From the IMG/VR virus record IMGVR_UViG_3300021082_000040, positions 1-47,348 of that record: a stretch of DNA of 47,348 nt; one strand, 5' to 3'. Both the position numbers and the translations under genes were made by a program. The stretch comes from a virus (lineage: Duplodnaviria; Caudoviricetes). Every line of letters begins with the position of its first letter. Within the stretch, counting starts at the first letter, position 1. The notes below the pieces were generated by a model. It made no database searches and was not told the origin of the DNA. It was given only the letters and a program-made list of their open reading frames with translations. This document shows positions 8,688 to 16,967 of the stretch, piece by piece.

Positions 8688-8833
8688 AAGCAATCATTCT
8701 CGTTCACTCAGACAGAGCAAAGTACTTGCTGTTTGTCAAGCCGATCAGCTTCGACACACAAGCCTGGGCCAATGAACACAGAGCATCATTGAAATTGCTC
8801 CAAGTCGTTCGTGTAATCGAGGAGGTAGCATGA
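8684..8833 (+). CDS. hypothetical protein (49 aa, MKAIILVHSDRAKY...)
   Basis: Translated by hand; fills the gap with ATGA overlaps on both sides. Confidence 0.6.
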   Translation: MKAIILVHSDRAKYLLFVKPISFDTQAWANEHRASLKLLQVVRVIEEVA

Positions 8834-9720
8834 ACAAACCAGAAGCCTTTTTCACAGGAACACAAGTCCAGCAAACATGGGACTCGACATCCCTCGGCTG
8901 GCTCAAGGAATGCCCCCGCAAATACTACTACTGCATGATCGAGGGCTGGAACAGCAAGCACAAAAGCTATCACTTGATCTTCGGCTCTTACTACCACAAA
9001 TCACTTGAACTCTACGACTTGGAAAGAGCGAAGGGCGCTGATCACACAGTCGCCCTCCGCGACACTCTCCGATGGCTGATGAAGATTACTTGGGAGTGGG
9101 AAAGTGACGACACCGCGAAGAACCGAGAGACCCTCGTTCGCTCTGTTGTTTGGTATCTTGACCACTTTCAAGCGGACACAGCGCAGACGATGATCTTGAG
9201 TGATGGCCTCCCAGCCGTCGAACTGACCTTCCACTTTGAGCTAACGAAGGAGATCACCCTTGCCGGACACCTCGACAGACTTGTCACATTTCTTGACGCT
9301 CCGTATATTATGGACAGAAAAACAACCGGAGCCACACTCGGATCAAACTACTTCGATCGGTTTGAGCCAGACAATCAAATGTCCCTTTACACACTTGCAG
9401 GACGGATTGCGTATGATACTCCCGTCCGAGGTGTTATCATTGATGCCGCTCAGATCGCCGTCGGATTCACTCGTTTTGATCGAGCTATCACATATCGTAC
9501 AGATGATCAGCTCAAAGAGTGGACACGAGACACCATCTCCTGGATTGAGCGATCCTACGGATATGTCGAGAAAAACTACTGGCCTATGAACGACAAGGCC
9601 TGTATGCTGTGCAACTACAAGCGGATCTGTAGTAAAGACCCAAGCGTTCGTGAGACCTTCTTGAACAGCGACTTCGAGAAGAGGAGGTGGAACCCAAGTG
9701 AGGGGGCTAAGAATGCTTAG
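8830..9720 (+). CDS. PD-(D/E)XK Cas4/RecB-like exonuclease
   Basis: GHLDRL..IMDRKT, QMSLY; one N-terminal Cys (ECPRKY) plus C-terminal CMLC-x5-C, an Fe-S pattern. Confidence 0.88.
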   Translation: MNKPEAFFTGTQVQQTWDSTSLGWLKECPRKYYYCMIEGWNSKHKSYHLIFGSYYHKSLELYDLERAKGADHTVALRDTLRWLMKITWEWESDDTAKNRETLVRSVVWYLDHFQADTAQTMILSDGLPAVELTFHFELTKEITLAGHLDRLVTFLDAPYIMDRKTTGATLGSNYFDRFEPDNQMSLYTLAGRIAYDTPVRGVIIDAAQIAVGFTRFDRAITYRTDDQLKEWTRDTISWIERSYGYVEKNYWPMNDKACMLCNYKRICSKDPSVRETFLNSDFEKRRWNPSEGAKNA

Positions 9721-9922
9721 GCCTCCTAATGAGAGGCCACCATATGAGATGGCTATGAAAGAACACGCTTGGCTTCTACGAGCGGAAGGGCTGTCGTTAA
9801 GAGCAATTGCCGGCCGCTGTGGTGGGAGTGAGACAGCAGCAATGAACAGAATACGAACTTTCGGTCGTCGAGTACGAATAGCAATGATATACATAAAGAG
9901 AGGAAAATATGCCCAGCCTTGA
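9713..9922 (+). CDS. small HTH protein
   Basis: EGLSLRAIAGRCGGSETAAMNRI. Confidence 0.6.
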   Translation: MLRPPNERPPYEMAMKEHAWLLRAEGLSLRAIAGRCGGSETAAMNRIRTFGRRVRIAMIYIKRGKYAQP

Positions 9923-10718
9923 CAAGCACGTCAGCACAACAACAACCAAGCTCTTAATGATTGGAGATTCCGGTGCAGGAAAAACCTCCTCTCTCGCTTC
10001 CCTCGTCGAAGCCGGATACAAGCTCCGCATCCTCGACTTCGACAACGGGCTCGACTCCCTTGTCTCACAAGTCCGTCGAAGATGCCCTGATAAGGCTCAG
10101 AATGTCTCGTTTGAAACACTCCGCGACCAGTACAAGGGTTCTGGCGCTGGGGTTGTGCTCGACGGAGCACCAAAAGCTTTTATCACAGCAATGCAGCTAC
10201 TCGATAAGTGGGGAGAGTTGGGTAAACCGAGTCAGTGGCCGACCGATACGGTTCTCGTCATTGACTCTCTTACTTTCTTTTCTCAAGCAGCCTTCAACTA
10301 CGCCCACTTCCTCAACCCCGGAGCAAAAGATAAGCGAGCCATCTTCTACTCCGCTCAAGAGTCCATCGAGCACACCTTAGCCATGTTGACGGCTGAGTCA
10401 TTCAAGCCCAACGTAATCGTCATTGCTCACATGACCTTTCTCAATCGGCCAGACGGCACGACGAAAGGCTTTCCGATCGCAGTAGGTCAGGCGCTCTCCC
10501 CCAAGATCGCACCTTACTTCAACTCGGTTGCCTTAGTCGAGTCGTCTGGCTCCGGACAGTCCATCAAGCGTTCGATGAGGACTGTCTCCACCCCCTTGAT
10601 CGACCTGAAGAACCCGGCCTCGTTCGAGTTGGCTGAGACGCTTCCGATCGACCAAGCCCTGGTCACGTTCTTCCGAACCGTCCAGGGTGCTTCCAACGTA
10701 GTGAAACTTGCAAAATAG
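9909..10718 (+). CDS. AAA_24/Sak4-like RecA-fold ATPase (ssDNA annealing)
   Basis: GDSGAGKT, ILDFDNG, VLVIDSLT, VIVIAH; lies between the nuclease and SSB-like genes. Confidence 0.85.
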   Translation: MPSLDKHVSTTTTKLLMIGDSGAGKTSSLASLVEAGYKLRILDFDNGLDSLVSQVRRRCPDKAQNVSFETLRDQYKGSGAGVVLDGAPKAFITAMQLLDKWGELGKPSQWPTDTVLVIDSLTFFSQAAFNYAHFLNPGAKDKRAIFYSAQESIEHTLAMLTAESFKPNVIVIAHMTFLNRPDGTTKGFPIAVGQALSPKIAPYFNSVALVESSGSGQSIKRSMRTVSTPLIDLKNPASFELAETLPIDQALVTFFRTVQGASNVVKLAK

Positions 10719-10729
10719 AGGATCAACAA

Positions 10730-11170
10730 ATGACAGACTTTCAAGACATCTTGAACAAGCCTATGAGTGAGATTGATCGACCGAAGCCTTATCCAGTCGG
10801 CAGCTACGTCGCACTTGTTGAGGGCCTTCCGAAGTTCGAGAAGGTGGGAGAGAATCAGACTCAATGCGTGGACTTTACTCTCCGCTTTTTGAGTGAGAGA
10901 GAAGATGTGGATAAGCTGGCCTTGATGGAGGCCGGTGGGATCAACGGCAAGTCAATCCGTCACAGAGTGTTCTTGACTGAGGACTCGCTGTGGAGGGCCA
11001 AGAAGTTCTTGGTCGATGATCTCGGGATCGACGATGAAGGCGGGGCGAAGCGGTTGTCTCAGCTCATTAACGAGGCACCAGGCCGTCAAGTCATCATCAC
11101 TATCCGTCACCGCCCCGCAAAGGACGGCTCGGTTGTTTACAGCGAAATTAGTCAGACCGCCAAGGTTTGA
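10730..11170 (+). CDS. putative ssDNA-binding protein (DUF669-like)
   Basis: PYPVGSYVALV OB-fold-like start; typical position after Sak4. Confidence 0.65.
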   Translation: MTDFQDILNKPMSEIDRPKPYPVGSYVALVEGLPKFEKVGENQTQCVDFTLRFLSEREDVDKLALMEAGGINGKSIRHRVFLTEDSLWRAKKFLVDDLGIDDEGGAKRLSQLINEAPGRQVIITIRHRPAKDGSVVYSEISQTAKV

Positions 11171-11177
11171 TTAGTAG

Positions 11178-11210
11178 GAGGTGGGGGCTCACCAGCCCCT
11201 GCCTCTTTTT
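11178..11210 (+). terminator. intrinsic terminator
   Basis: GAGG..GGGGCT-CACC-AGCCCC..CCTC then T5. Confidence 0.7.
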
Positions 11211-11233
11211 CCCACCCAGAGGAGACTAAGCCT

Positions 11234-11998
11234 ATGCGAAAGCTTTTGCTGGCTACTACAGTGTTTTGCGCCTTAGTCAGCGGCGCACAAGCTACTACAG
11301 TAAACCTCGGCCTTGATCCGACTCCTTGGATCACGGACGGAGCAGCTAATCTAACGATCACTCCAACCGCTCCTGGTCAGCAAGTCACCAACTTGCCTTG
11401 CATCATCTGCGGTGCAACTCAGCCGCAGCAACCTTCCGGCTTCGGCTACAACGACTTCCACAACAACGGAGCACAAAATACCGTCAGCTACTTTTCGACG
11501 GCTGTTGTCCCAGGAGGTGGTGGGTCTGGCCTCGCTCTCGACCAGTTTGCCGGGACTACCGGCTACACCCTCGGCCTCAACTCTCCACTGCTCGCAGCTA
11601 TCGGCGGCTTTAATGGCTTCAGTATCGGAGTGGACAGCAACCAGAATGGCGGCGATGCTCAGATTCTGGAGAGTTTTTGGTTCCTTAACCTCTCCACCCA
11701 CACAGTTCTCGCGGTGTTCAGACCACCGGGAGGGTACGACATCACTCCACTGAACAACGGGACTGGCTTTCCTGACTACACGATCAATGGACTCTCTTTG
11801 GCTGGCGTCAGTGCTGGGGATCAGGTTATGTTCTTCGCGCGTATCACCAATGCTAATGATGGACCTGATAGCTTCTTCCTCATCCCGCAAGTGGCGGCAG
11901 TTCCACTTCCTGCTGTCGGCTCGGGGTTTCCTCTGCTGATCGCAGGTATCGGCGGTCTTGTAGCGTTGCATCGTAGGCGTAAAGCGCGTTTAGCTTAA
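11234..11998 (+). CDS. secreted VPLPA-CTERM (PEP-CTERM-class) surface protein
   Basis: Signal peptide ending AQA; Gly/Asn/Thr-rich body; C-terminal VPLPA + TM helix + RRRK. Confidence 0.9.
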   Translation: MRKLLLATTVFCALVSGAQATTVNLGLDPTPWITDGAANLTITPTAPGQQVTNLPCIICGATQPQQPSGFGYNDFHNNGAQNTVSYFSTAVVPGGGGSGLALDQFAGTTGYTLGLNSPLLAAIGGFNGFSIGVDSNQNGGDAQILESFWFLNLSTHTVLAVFRPPGGYDITPLNNGTGFPDYTINGLSLAGVSAGDQVMFFARITNANDGPDSFFLIPQVAAVPLPAVGSGFPLLIAGIGGLVALHRRRKARLA

Positions 11999-12005
11999 CT
12001 AAGTC

Positions 12006-12041
12006 GGCCGGAGCCAGCAGGTCTTGCATTTGGCTCCGGCC
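12006..12041 (+). other. strong hairpin (11-bp stem) after the VPLPA-CTERM gene
   Basis: GGCCGGAGCCA...TGGCTCCGGCC; no clear U tract. Confidence 0.65.
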
Positions 12042-12060
12042 TTCCTCACAGGAGAGCCAA

Positions 12061-13311
12061 ATGACCTCAGCCCAATTCCAGTCCGTCTCCACTTCAGAAA
12101 TCATAGTCAACCGCGATGAGCGCCAACGGAGCGATCTCGAGGATGTTGAAGTTCTCGCCGACTCAATCAGCCGACTCGGCTTGATCCATCCACTCGTCGT
12201 TACAAGAGACTTGGTTCTCGTCTCTGGTGAGCGACGCTTAACAGCAGTGAAGATGCTTGGCTGGAGCCATGTCACCATCCAGTATCAAGACGAGTGCGAT
12301 GCTTATCTGCTCCATGCAATAGAGCTTGAGGAAAATGTCAAACGCAAGGAACTGCCGTGGCAAGATGAGTGCAAAGCGGTCCAAGAGTATCATAGACTCC
12401 GTGCTGGTGAAGAAGAAAAATGGACGCTTGAAGACACGGCAGAAGCGTTGGGCCTTACTCAGCCGGAAGCCTCTGCCCGAATCACTGTTGCCAAGGAACT
12501 TGCGGACCCGAAGTCGATGATCCACGCTGCGCCTCGCTACACTACAGCGGTGAACATGACAAGGCGAGTGGCTGAGCGAAAGGCCGCCGCTGAGTTAGAC
12601 AAAGTGATGGACCTTGTTGAGCCGGATCGACCGAAAGATGCGATCCTGAATACGAGCTTTCTAAAGTGGGCTCCTGACTACCGCGGGCCATTGTTCAACT
12701 TTATTCACTGTGACTTTCCTTACGGGATCAACGCTCACAAGTTCGGCAGCGCTTTCGTTGGAGGCCACGTTCACGGAGACTACGAAGATACCAAAGAGAA
12801 CTACATCCAGCTAATCCGTTGTCTCTTAGGTAATCTCGATCTCATAATGAGTGACAGCGGACATATGGTCTTCTGGTTTTCGATGACTCACTATCAAGAG
12901 ACCTACGATCTCCTCTCGAGCGAGTTCTTCGTCGATGCTTATCCATTGATCTGGCACAAGTCGGATAACGCTGGCAACGCTCCACGTCCACAGCATATGG
13001 CTCGCCGAGTGTACGAGACGGCCTTCTTCTGTTCTCGAGGTGACCACCCAATAGTCAAGATCGCTTCGAACCTTTTCTCTGCATCGACGGTCAGTGATCG
13101 ACACATGAGTGAGAAGCCAGTCACGATGCTGACCCACTTCTTCAAGATGCTCGTTGACGGCCACACCTCAATGCTCGACCCCACAGCTGGTTCCGGTTCA
13201 GCCCTCCGCGCAGCAAAACGCTTGGGAGCCACTCGGATCATGGGCCTCGAGATTAACGAACAGTTCGCGCGTGATGCTAACAAGGCCCTAACAGAGGACA
13301 CAATGGAATGA
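12061..13311 (+). CDS. ParB-like N-domain + HTH + N6/N4 DNA methyltransferase fusion
   Basis: SISRLGLIHPLVV..SGERRLTA..ELEENVKR (ParB); TLEDTAEALGLTQPEAS (HTH); DFPY, HMSEKP, DPTAGSGS (beta-class MTase order). Confidence 0.88.
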   Translation: MTSAQFQSVSTSEIIVNRDERQRSDLEDVEVLADSISRLGLIHPLVVTRDLVLVSGERRLTAVKMLGWSHVTIQYQDECDAYLLHAIELEENVKRKELPWQDECKAVQEYHRLRAGEEEKWTLEDTAEALGLTQPEASARITVAKELADPKSMIHAAPRYTTAVNMTRRVAERKAAAELDKVMDLVEPDRPKDAILNTSFLKWAPDYRGPLFNFIHCDFPYGINAHKFGSAFVGGHVHGDYEDTKENYIQLIRCLLGNLDLIMSDSGHMVFWFSMTHYQETYDLLSSEFFVDAYPLIWHKSDNAGNAPRPQHMARRVYETAFFCSRGDHPIVKIASNLFSASTVSDRHMSEKPVTMLTHFFKMLVDGHTSMLDPTAGSGSALRAAKRLGATRIMGLEINEQFARDANKALTEDTME

Positions 13312-13718
13312 GAGTCTACATCGCCTCCGACATCAAGTACGCTCGGCGTTGGATAGCGTTGCGTGAGAAACTGTATCCGAGAGTGGCGATCGTTTCGACT
13401 TGGATTGACTTTTTGAAAGATGGTGAACCAAAGGCATCAGCTCAAGTCGTCAAAGAGTCTTGGGACAACAACATCAAGGACGTTCTCTTGTGTGATGTAC
13501 TGATCTTGTTCGTCCAGCCCGGCGACTCCATGCGTGGCTCTTGCTTCGAAGCGGGCGTTGCGTTCGCTATGGGTAAGCGAGTTATCTTCGTTGGTGACTT
13601 GCCAACAATCGGCTCAGTTGTCTGTTGCTTTGAGCGGTTCGCGTCGATGGAGCATGTCACTCAGTTCCTCGCTGACGAGGAGATGATGAGACACGAGTTT
13701 ACTGGAGCGGTGAACTGA
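13308..13718 (+). CDS. nucleoside 2-deoxyribosyltransferase / dNMP hydrolase-like protein
   Basis: RVYIAS, CDVLIL, GSCFEAGVAFAMGKRV. Confidence 0.8.
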   Translation: MRVYIASDIKYARRWIALREKLYPRVAIVSTWIDFLKDGEPKASAQVVKESWDNNIKDVLLCDVLILFVQPGDSMRGSCFEAGVAFAMGKRVIFVGDLPTIGSVVCCFERFASMEHVTQFLADEEMMRHEFTGAVN

Positions 13719-14740
13719 TGTATGGTGAAATCTTTATACTTGGAGAGGCGTGGGGTGAGCATGAAGAGCGTGCTCGTGCCCCCTTCGTCGGACCAAGCGG
13801 TTATGAGCTGACGAGAATGCTCGACGAGGCCGGTATCAGTCGTCGTGATTGTTACCTCTCAAACGTCTTCAACCTCAGACCAAAGGAGAATAACATTGAA
13901 AACCTTTGCGGGACTCCTAGCGTCAACGGCTACGGCCCCATCAGTAAAGGGAAGAGCATCAAAGCCGACTATGCACCTGAACTTGACCGTGTGCTGCGGG
14001 AGTTGCGGAGCGTTAAACCAAATCTCGTTCTGGCCCTCGGAAACACTGCCGCGTGGTTCCTTCTCAACGCCACCGGAATCTCAAAGTTCAGAGGAACCAT
14101 TCAGGAGGCACCCTTTTCAACCCAAGGAAATGGCCTCGGACAAAAAGTCCTCCCAACCTTTCACCCAGCAGCTGTACTCAGACAATGGGAACTCCGTCCA
14201 ACCGTTGTCGCAGACTTCATCAAAGCCCGACGAGAGTCCCGTTTCCCAGAAGTTAGACGACCTAAGAGAGAAGTCTGGATCGTCGAAAGCCTCCAAGACA
14301 TAGCTCTATTTTATCGGACTTACTTACAAGGGGCGAAGGAGATCGCCTTTGACATTGAGACGGCGTTTAACGAGATCACCTGCATCGGCTTCGCGCCTTC
14401 TGAAAAGATCGCTGTTTGCATCCCTTTCGTCGATTACAGAAAGAATGGATGGAGTTACTGGAGTCCCGGAGACGAAGTGCAAGCTTGGCAGTGGGTCAAG
14501 AACATTCTACACTTGCCCGCACAGAAGACAGCGCATAACGGTATCTTCGACATCCACTTTCTGTGGAGAAAGCTCGGAGCAACTCCAACCAATTACACTA
14601 CAGACACCATGCTCCTCCATCATGCGCTTCAGCCGGAGTCTCGGAAAGGTCTTGGCTTTCTTGGTTCAGTGTATACGAACGAAGCGTCATGGAAGCTGAT
14701 GAGACAAAGCGATAAGATACTGGAGAAGAGGGAGAAATGA
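13718..14740 (+). CDS. family-4 uracil-DNA glycosylase-like domain fused to a partial 3'-5' exonuclease (polymerase N-part)
   Basis: GEAWG..E..PFVGPSG, LALGN, TFHPAAVLR; then FDIET (ExoI), HNGIFD (ExoII), DTML. Confidence 0.88.
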   Translation: MYGEIFILGEAWGEHEERARAPFVGPSGYELTRMLDEAGISRRDCYLSNVFNLRPKENNIENLCGTPSVNGYGPISKGKSIKADYAPELDRVLRELRSVKPNLVLALGNTAAWFLLNATGISKFRGTIQEAPFSTQGNGLGQKVLPTFHPAAVLRQWELRPTVVADFIKARRESRFPEVRRPKREVWIVESLQDIALFYRTYLQGAKEIAFDIETAFNEITCIGFAPSEKIAVCIPFVDYRKNGWSYWSPGDEVQAWQWVKNILHLPAQKTAHNGIFDIHFLWRKLGATPTNYTTDTMLLHHALQPESRKGLGFLGSVYTNEASWKLMRQSDKILEKREK

Positions 14741-14985
14741 CCGACATCGTTGAACGGCTGCACCGCATGGCTCCCGACTATGAAATTGCCAAATGGGCGA
14801 AACTCATGCAAGAGGCCGCCAACGAGATCGAGCGGCTGAACGCACTTGTCGCAAAGATGGCCGACGATCTCACAGTAGCCGGAGTGCGTGTGCTTGTGAT
14901 TAAAGAGCGATACGAAGAGTTGCGCGCAGAGAACAAGCGGCTGCAAGCTGCGCTGATCGAGGCGGCGGAAATGGTGGAGAAATGA
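14737..14985 (+). CDS. coiled-coil hypothetical protein
   Basis: MTDIVERL..EAANEIERL pattern. Confidence 0.7.
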   Translation: MTDIVERLHRMAPDYEIAKWAKLMQEAANEIERLNALVAKMADDLTVAGVRVLVIKERYEELRAENKRLQAALIEAAEMVEK

Positions 14986-15266
14986 TCTACTTGATTGCAC
15001 ATCTCGTTCGTGGCAAGCCGACCTACGACATAGCTGAGTCGATGGATGGGACTGAGAGTGACCCTGGCCCTTGGTTCATCACCTCAATAGGATGGCGAGC
15101 TTATCCTTATTGGCAGAAGCCTCTTGGTGAGATAATGCACGGGTATCAACTCCCTGATCCACCAGATGTTATTGCTTGGCCTGACTACATCCAAAAGCAG
15201 AAGTCGCGAGAGAAGGTGGCGAAGCCACTTCGTCAACCAATCGACCTTGAGGAGTTAGGCCTGTGA
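14982..15266 (+). CDS. hypothetical protein ending IDLEELGL
   Basis: GGAG RBS, coupled on both sides. Confidence 0.7.
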   Translation: MIYLIAHLVRGKPTYDIAESMDGTESDPGPWFITSIGWRAYPYWQKPLGEIMHGYQLPDPPDVIAWPDYIQKQKSREKVAKPLRQPIDLEELGL

Positions 15267-15529
15267 AGTTCCGCCCCCGACAGCTTGAGGTCGATGCGTT
15301 CCAGCTCGGCCGTGACCCACAACCTGATTGGTTCAAGCGTGCCATCGAGTTCGAGTGGGCTGTCGTCTATCCAAACTCAACAGTCCTTCGAACCTCTTAT
15401 GGATCAACTCGTACCGTCTTTAAGGGTGATTGGATCTTGTGTGGCTACAACGGAATACCTCATGCTATCAGCAAAAATGACTTTGACAAGATGTATGTGG
15501 AGATAGGAAATGAAAATCGTTCAGACTGA
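15263..15529 (+). CDS. conserved-looking phage hypothetical protein
   Basis: KFR..EVDAFQ...GDWI...F..MY pattern. Confidence 0.7.
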   Translation: MKFRPRQLEVDAFQLGRDPQPDWFKRAIEFEWAVVYPNSTVLRTSYGSTRTVFKGDWILCGYNGIPHAISKNDFDKMYVEIGNENRSD

Positions 15530-16967
15530 ACACATTTCCCCTCATATGGGAGAGATGGAAAAACAGTGGGTCTACAACGGACTCGACTGTTGTGTCACTC
15601 ATGAGATCAGCTCGATCCTACAGGAGCAGCTTGATGACGTAACTCGAGAGACGTATAATCTTCGCTTCGCGTTGCAAGCACCTGTGCTGGAGATGAACCT
15701 TCGTGGTGTCTTGGTTGACATAACTGAGCGTGACCGCCTCATCATCGACTATGAGAAGCGGGTTAAACGCTTGAGTGACCAACTCGACGTTATCCTCGAA
15801 GTAGGCATAGGAACGACTTGCAAATGGTCTTCGCCGAAGCAACTGATGGAGCTGTTCTATGGCGTACTCTGTATACCCCCTATCCGCAGACGAGGAACGT
15901 CTGGTGAGATGGTTCCGACAGTCAATCGCGGCGCACTTGAAAAGCTCACGAACTACTTCGTCGCCCAACCGCTGGTCAACCACATTCTTCTTCTCCGAGA
16001 GATACAGAAAAAGATCGGTGTACTTAAGACTCGGATTGACGCTGACAAGCGAATGCGTACCAGCTTCAACATTGCCGGAACAGAAACTGGTCGCTTCTCC
16101 AGCTCAATGGCTGACCTCGAGACTGGAACAAACTTACAAAATATTGAAGAAGGCCTCAGAAGAATCTTCATCGCTGACCCCGGAATGAAGCTTGGGAACA
16201 TCGACCTAGAGCAAGCTGAGTCAAGAGTCGTCGGCGCGATTTGTTGGAACCTCTTCGGAGATGGAGCGTACTTGGATGCGTGTGAGTCAGGAGATCTCCA
16301 TACCGAGGTTGCTAAGGGCATTATGCCAGCTCTCGGATGGACAGGGGATCGTCATAAGGATCGAGACATCGCCGAGCGGCCACATTATCGTCAGCACTCG
16401 CTCCGGTATATGGCAAAGCGTCTCGGACACGGCAGTAACTACATGGGACAGGCTTCAACGATGGCATTTCACTCCCAGATGCCAGTCAAAGTTATCAAGG
16501 ACTTCCAGGCGGCGTACTTCACGAAATTCATTGCGATCCAGAGGTGGCATCAGTGGGTCGAAGACGAACTCAAGATGAAGGGTCAGCTGACGACGATGCT
16601 CGGTATGCGAAGATGGTTCTTTGGGAGGCGGAATGATCAGTCAACGCTCCGCGAAGCGGTCGCCTTCGAGCCTCAGTCCGTGTCCGTCGAAATACTCAAT
16701 CGAATTATGCTGAACATATGGCGCGCTAACAAAGTACAGTTGCTGTTGCAAGTCCATGATTCACTCTTATTTCAGTATCCTGAGAAAGATGAAGCAATCG
16801 TCATACCGCAGATGATGAAGCTCTTTGAGTACCCTGTGAGGCTCCGCGGGGATAGAACACTGATAATCCCCGCCGAGGTAAAGACTGGCTATAACTGGGC
16901 TCCTAAAACAGATGAAAACCCTCAAGGACTCGCAAAGTGGAAAATGGCCGTGGGAGATCTTGGATAG
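15510..16967 (+). CDS. polA: family A DNA polymerase (ExoIII + polymerase domain)
   Basis: YNGLD (ExoIII), TETGRFSS, NLQNI, DLEQAESR (motif A), RYMAKRLGHGSNY (motif B), QVHDS (motif C). Confidence 0.93.
   Translation: MKIVQTEHISPHMGEMEKQWVYNGLDCCVTHEISSILQEQLDDVTRETYNLRFALQAPVLEMNLRGVLVDITERDRLIIDYEKRVKRLSDQLDVILEVGIGTTCKWSSPKQLMELFYGVLCIPPIRRRGTSGEMVPTVNRGALEKLTNYFVAQPLVNHILLLREIQKKIGVLKTRIDADKRMRTSFNIAGTETGRFSSSMADLETGTNLQNIEEGLRRIFIADPGMKLGNIDLEQAESRVVGAICWNLFGDGAYLDACESGDLHTEVAKGIMPALGWTGDRHKDRDIAERPHYRQHSLRYMAKRLGHGSNYMGQASTMAFHSQMPVKVIKDFQAAYFTKFIAIQRWHQWVEDELKMKGQLTTMLGMRRWFFGRRNDQSTLREAVAFEPQSVSVEILNRIMLNIWRANKVQLLLQVHDSLLFQYPEKDEAIVIPQMMKLFEYPVRLRGDRTLIIPAEVKTGYNWAPKTDENPQGLAKWKMAVGDLG

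Noticed and set aside
14740-15510. Intron, intein or frameshift explaining the split polymerase
   Set aside because: The gap holds three coupled ORFs with RBSs; no homing endonuclease or intein terminal residues seen. Splicing is not formally excluded.
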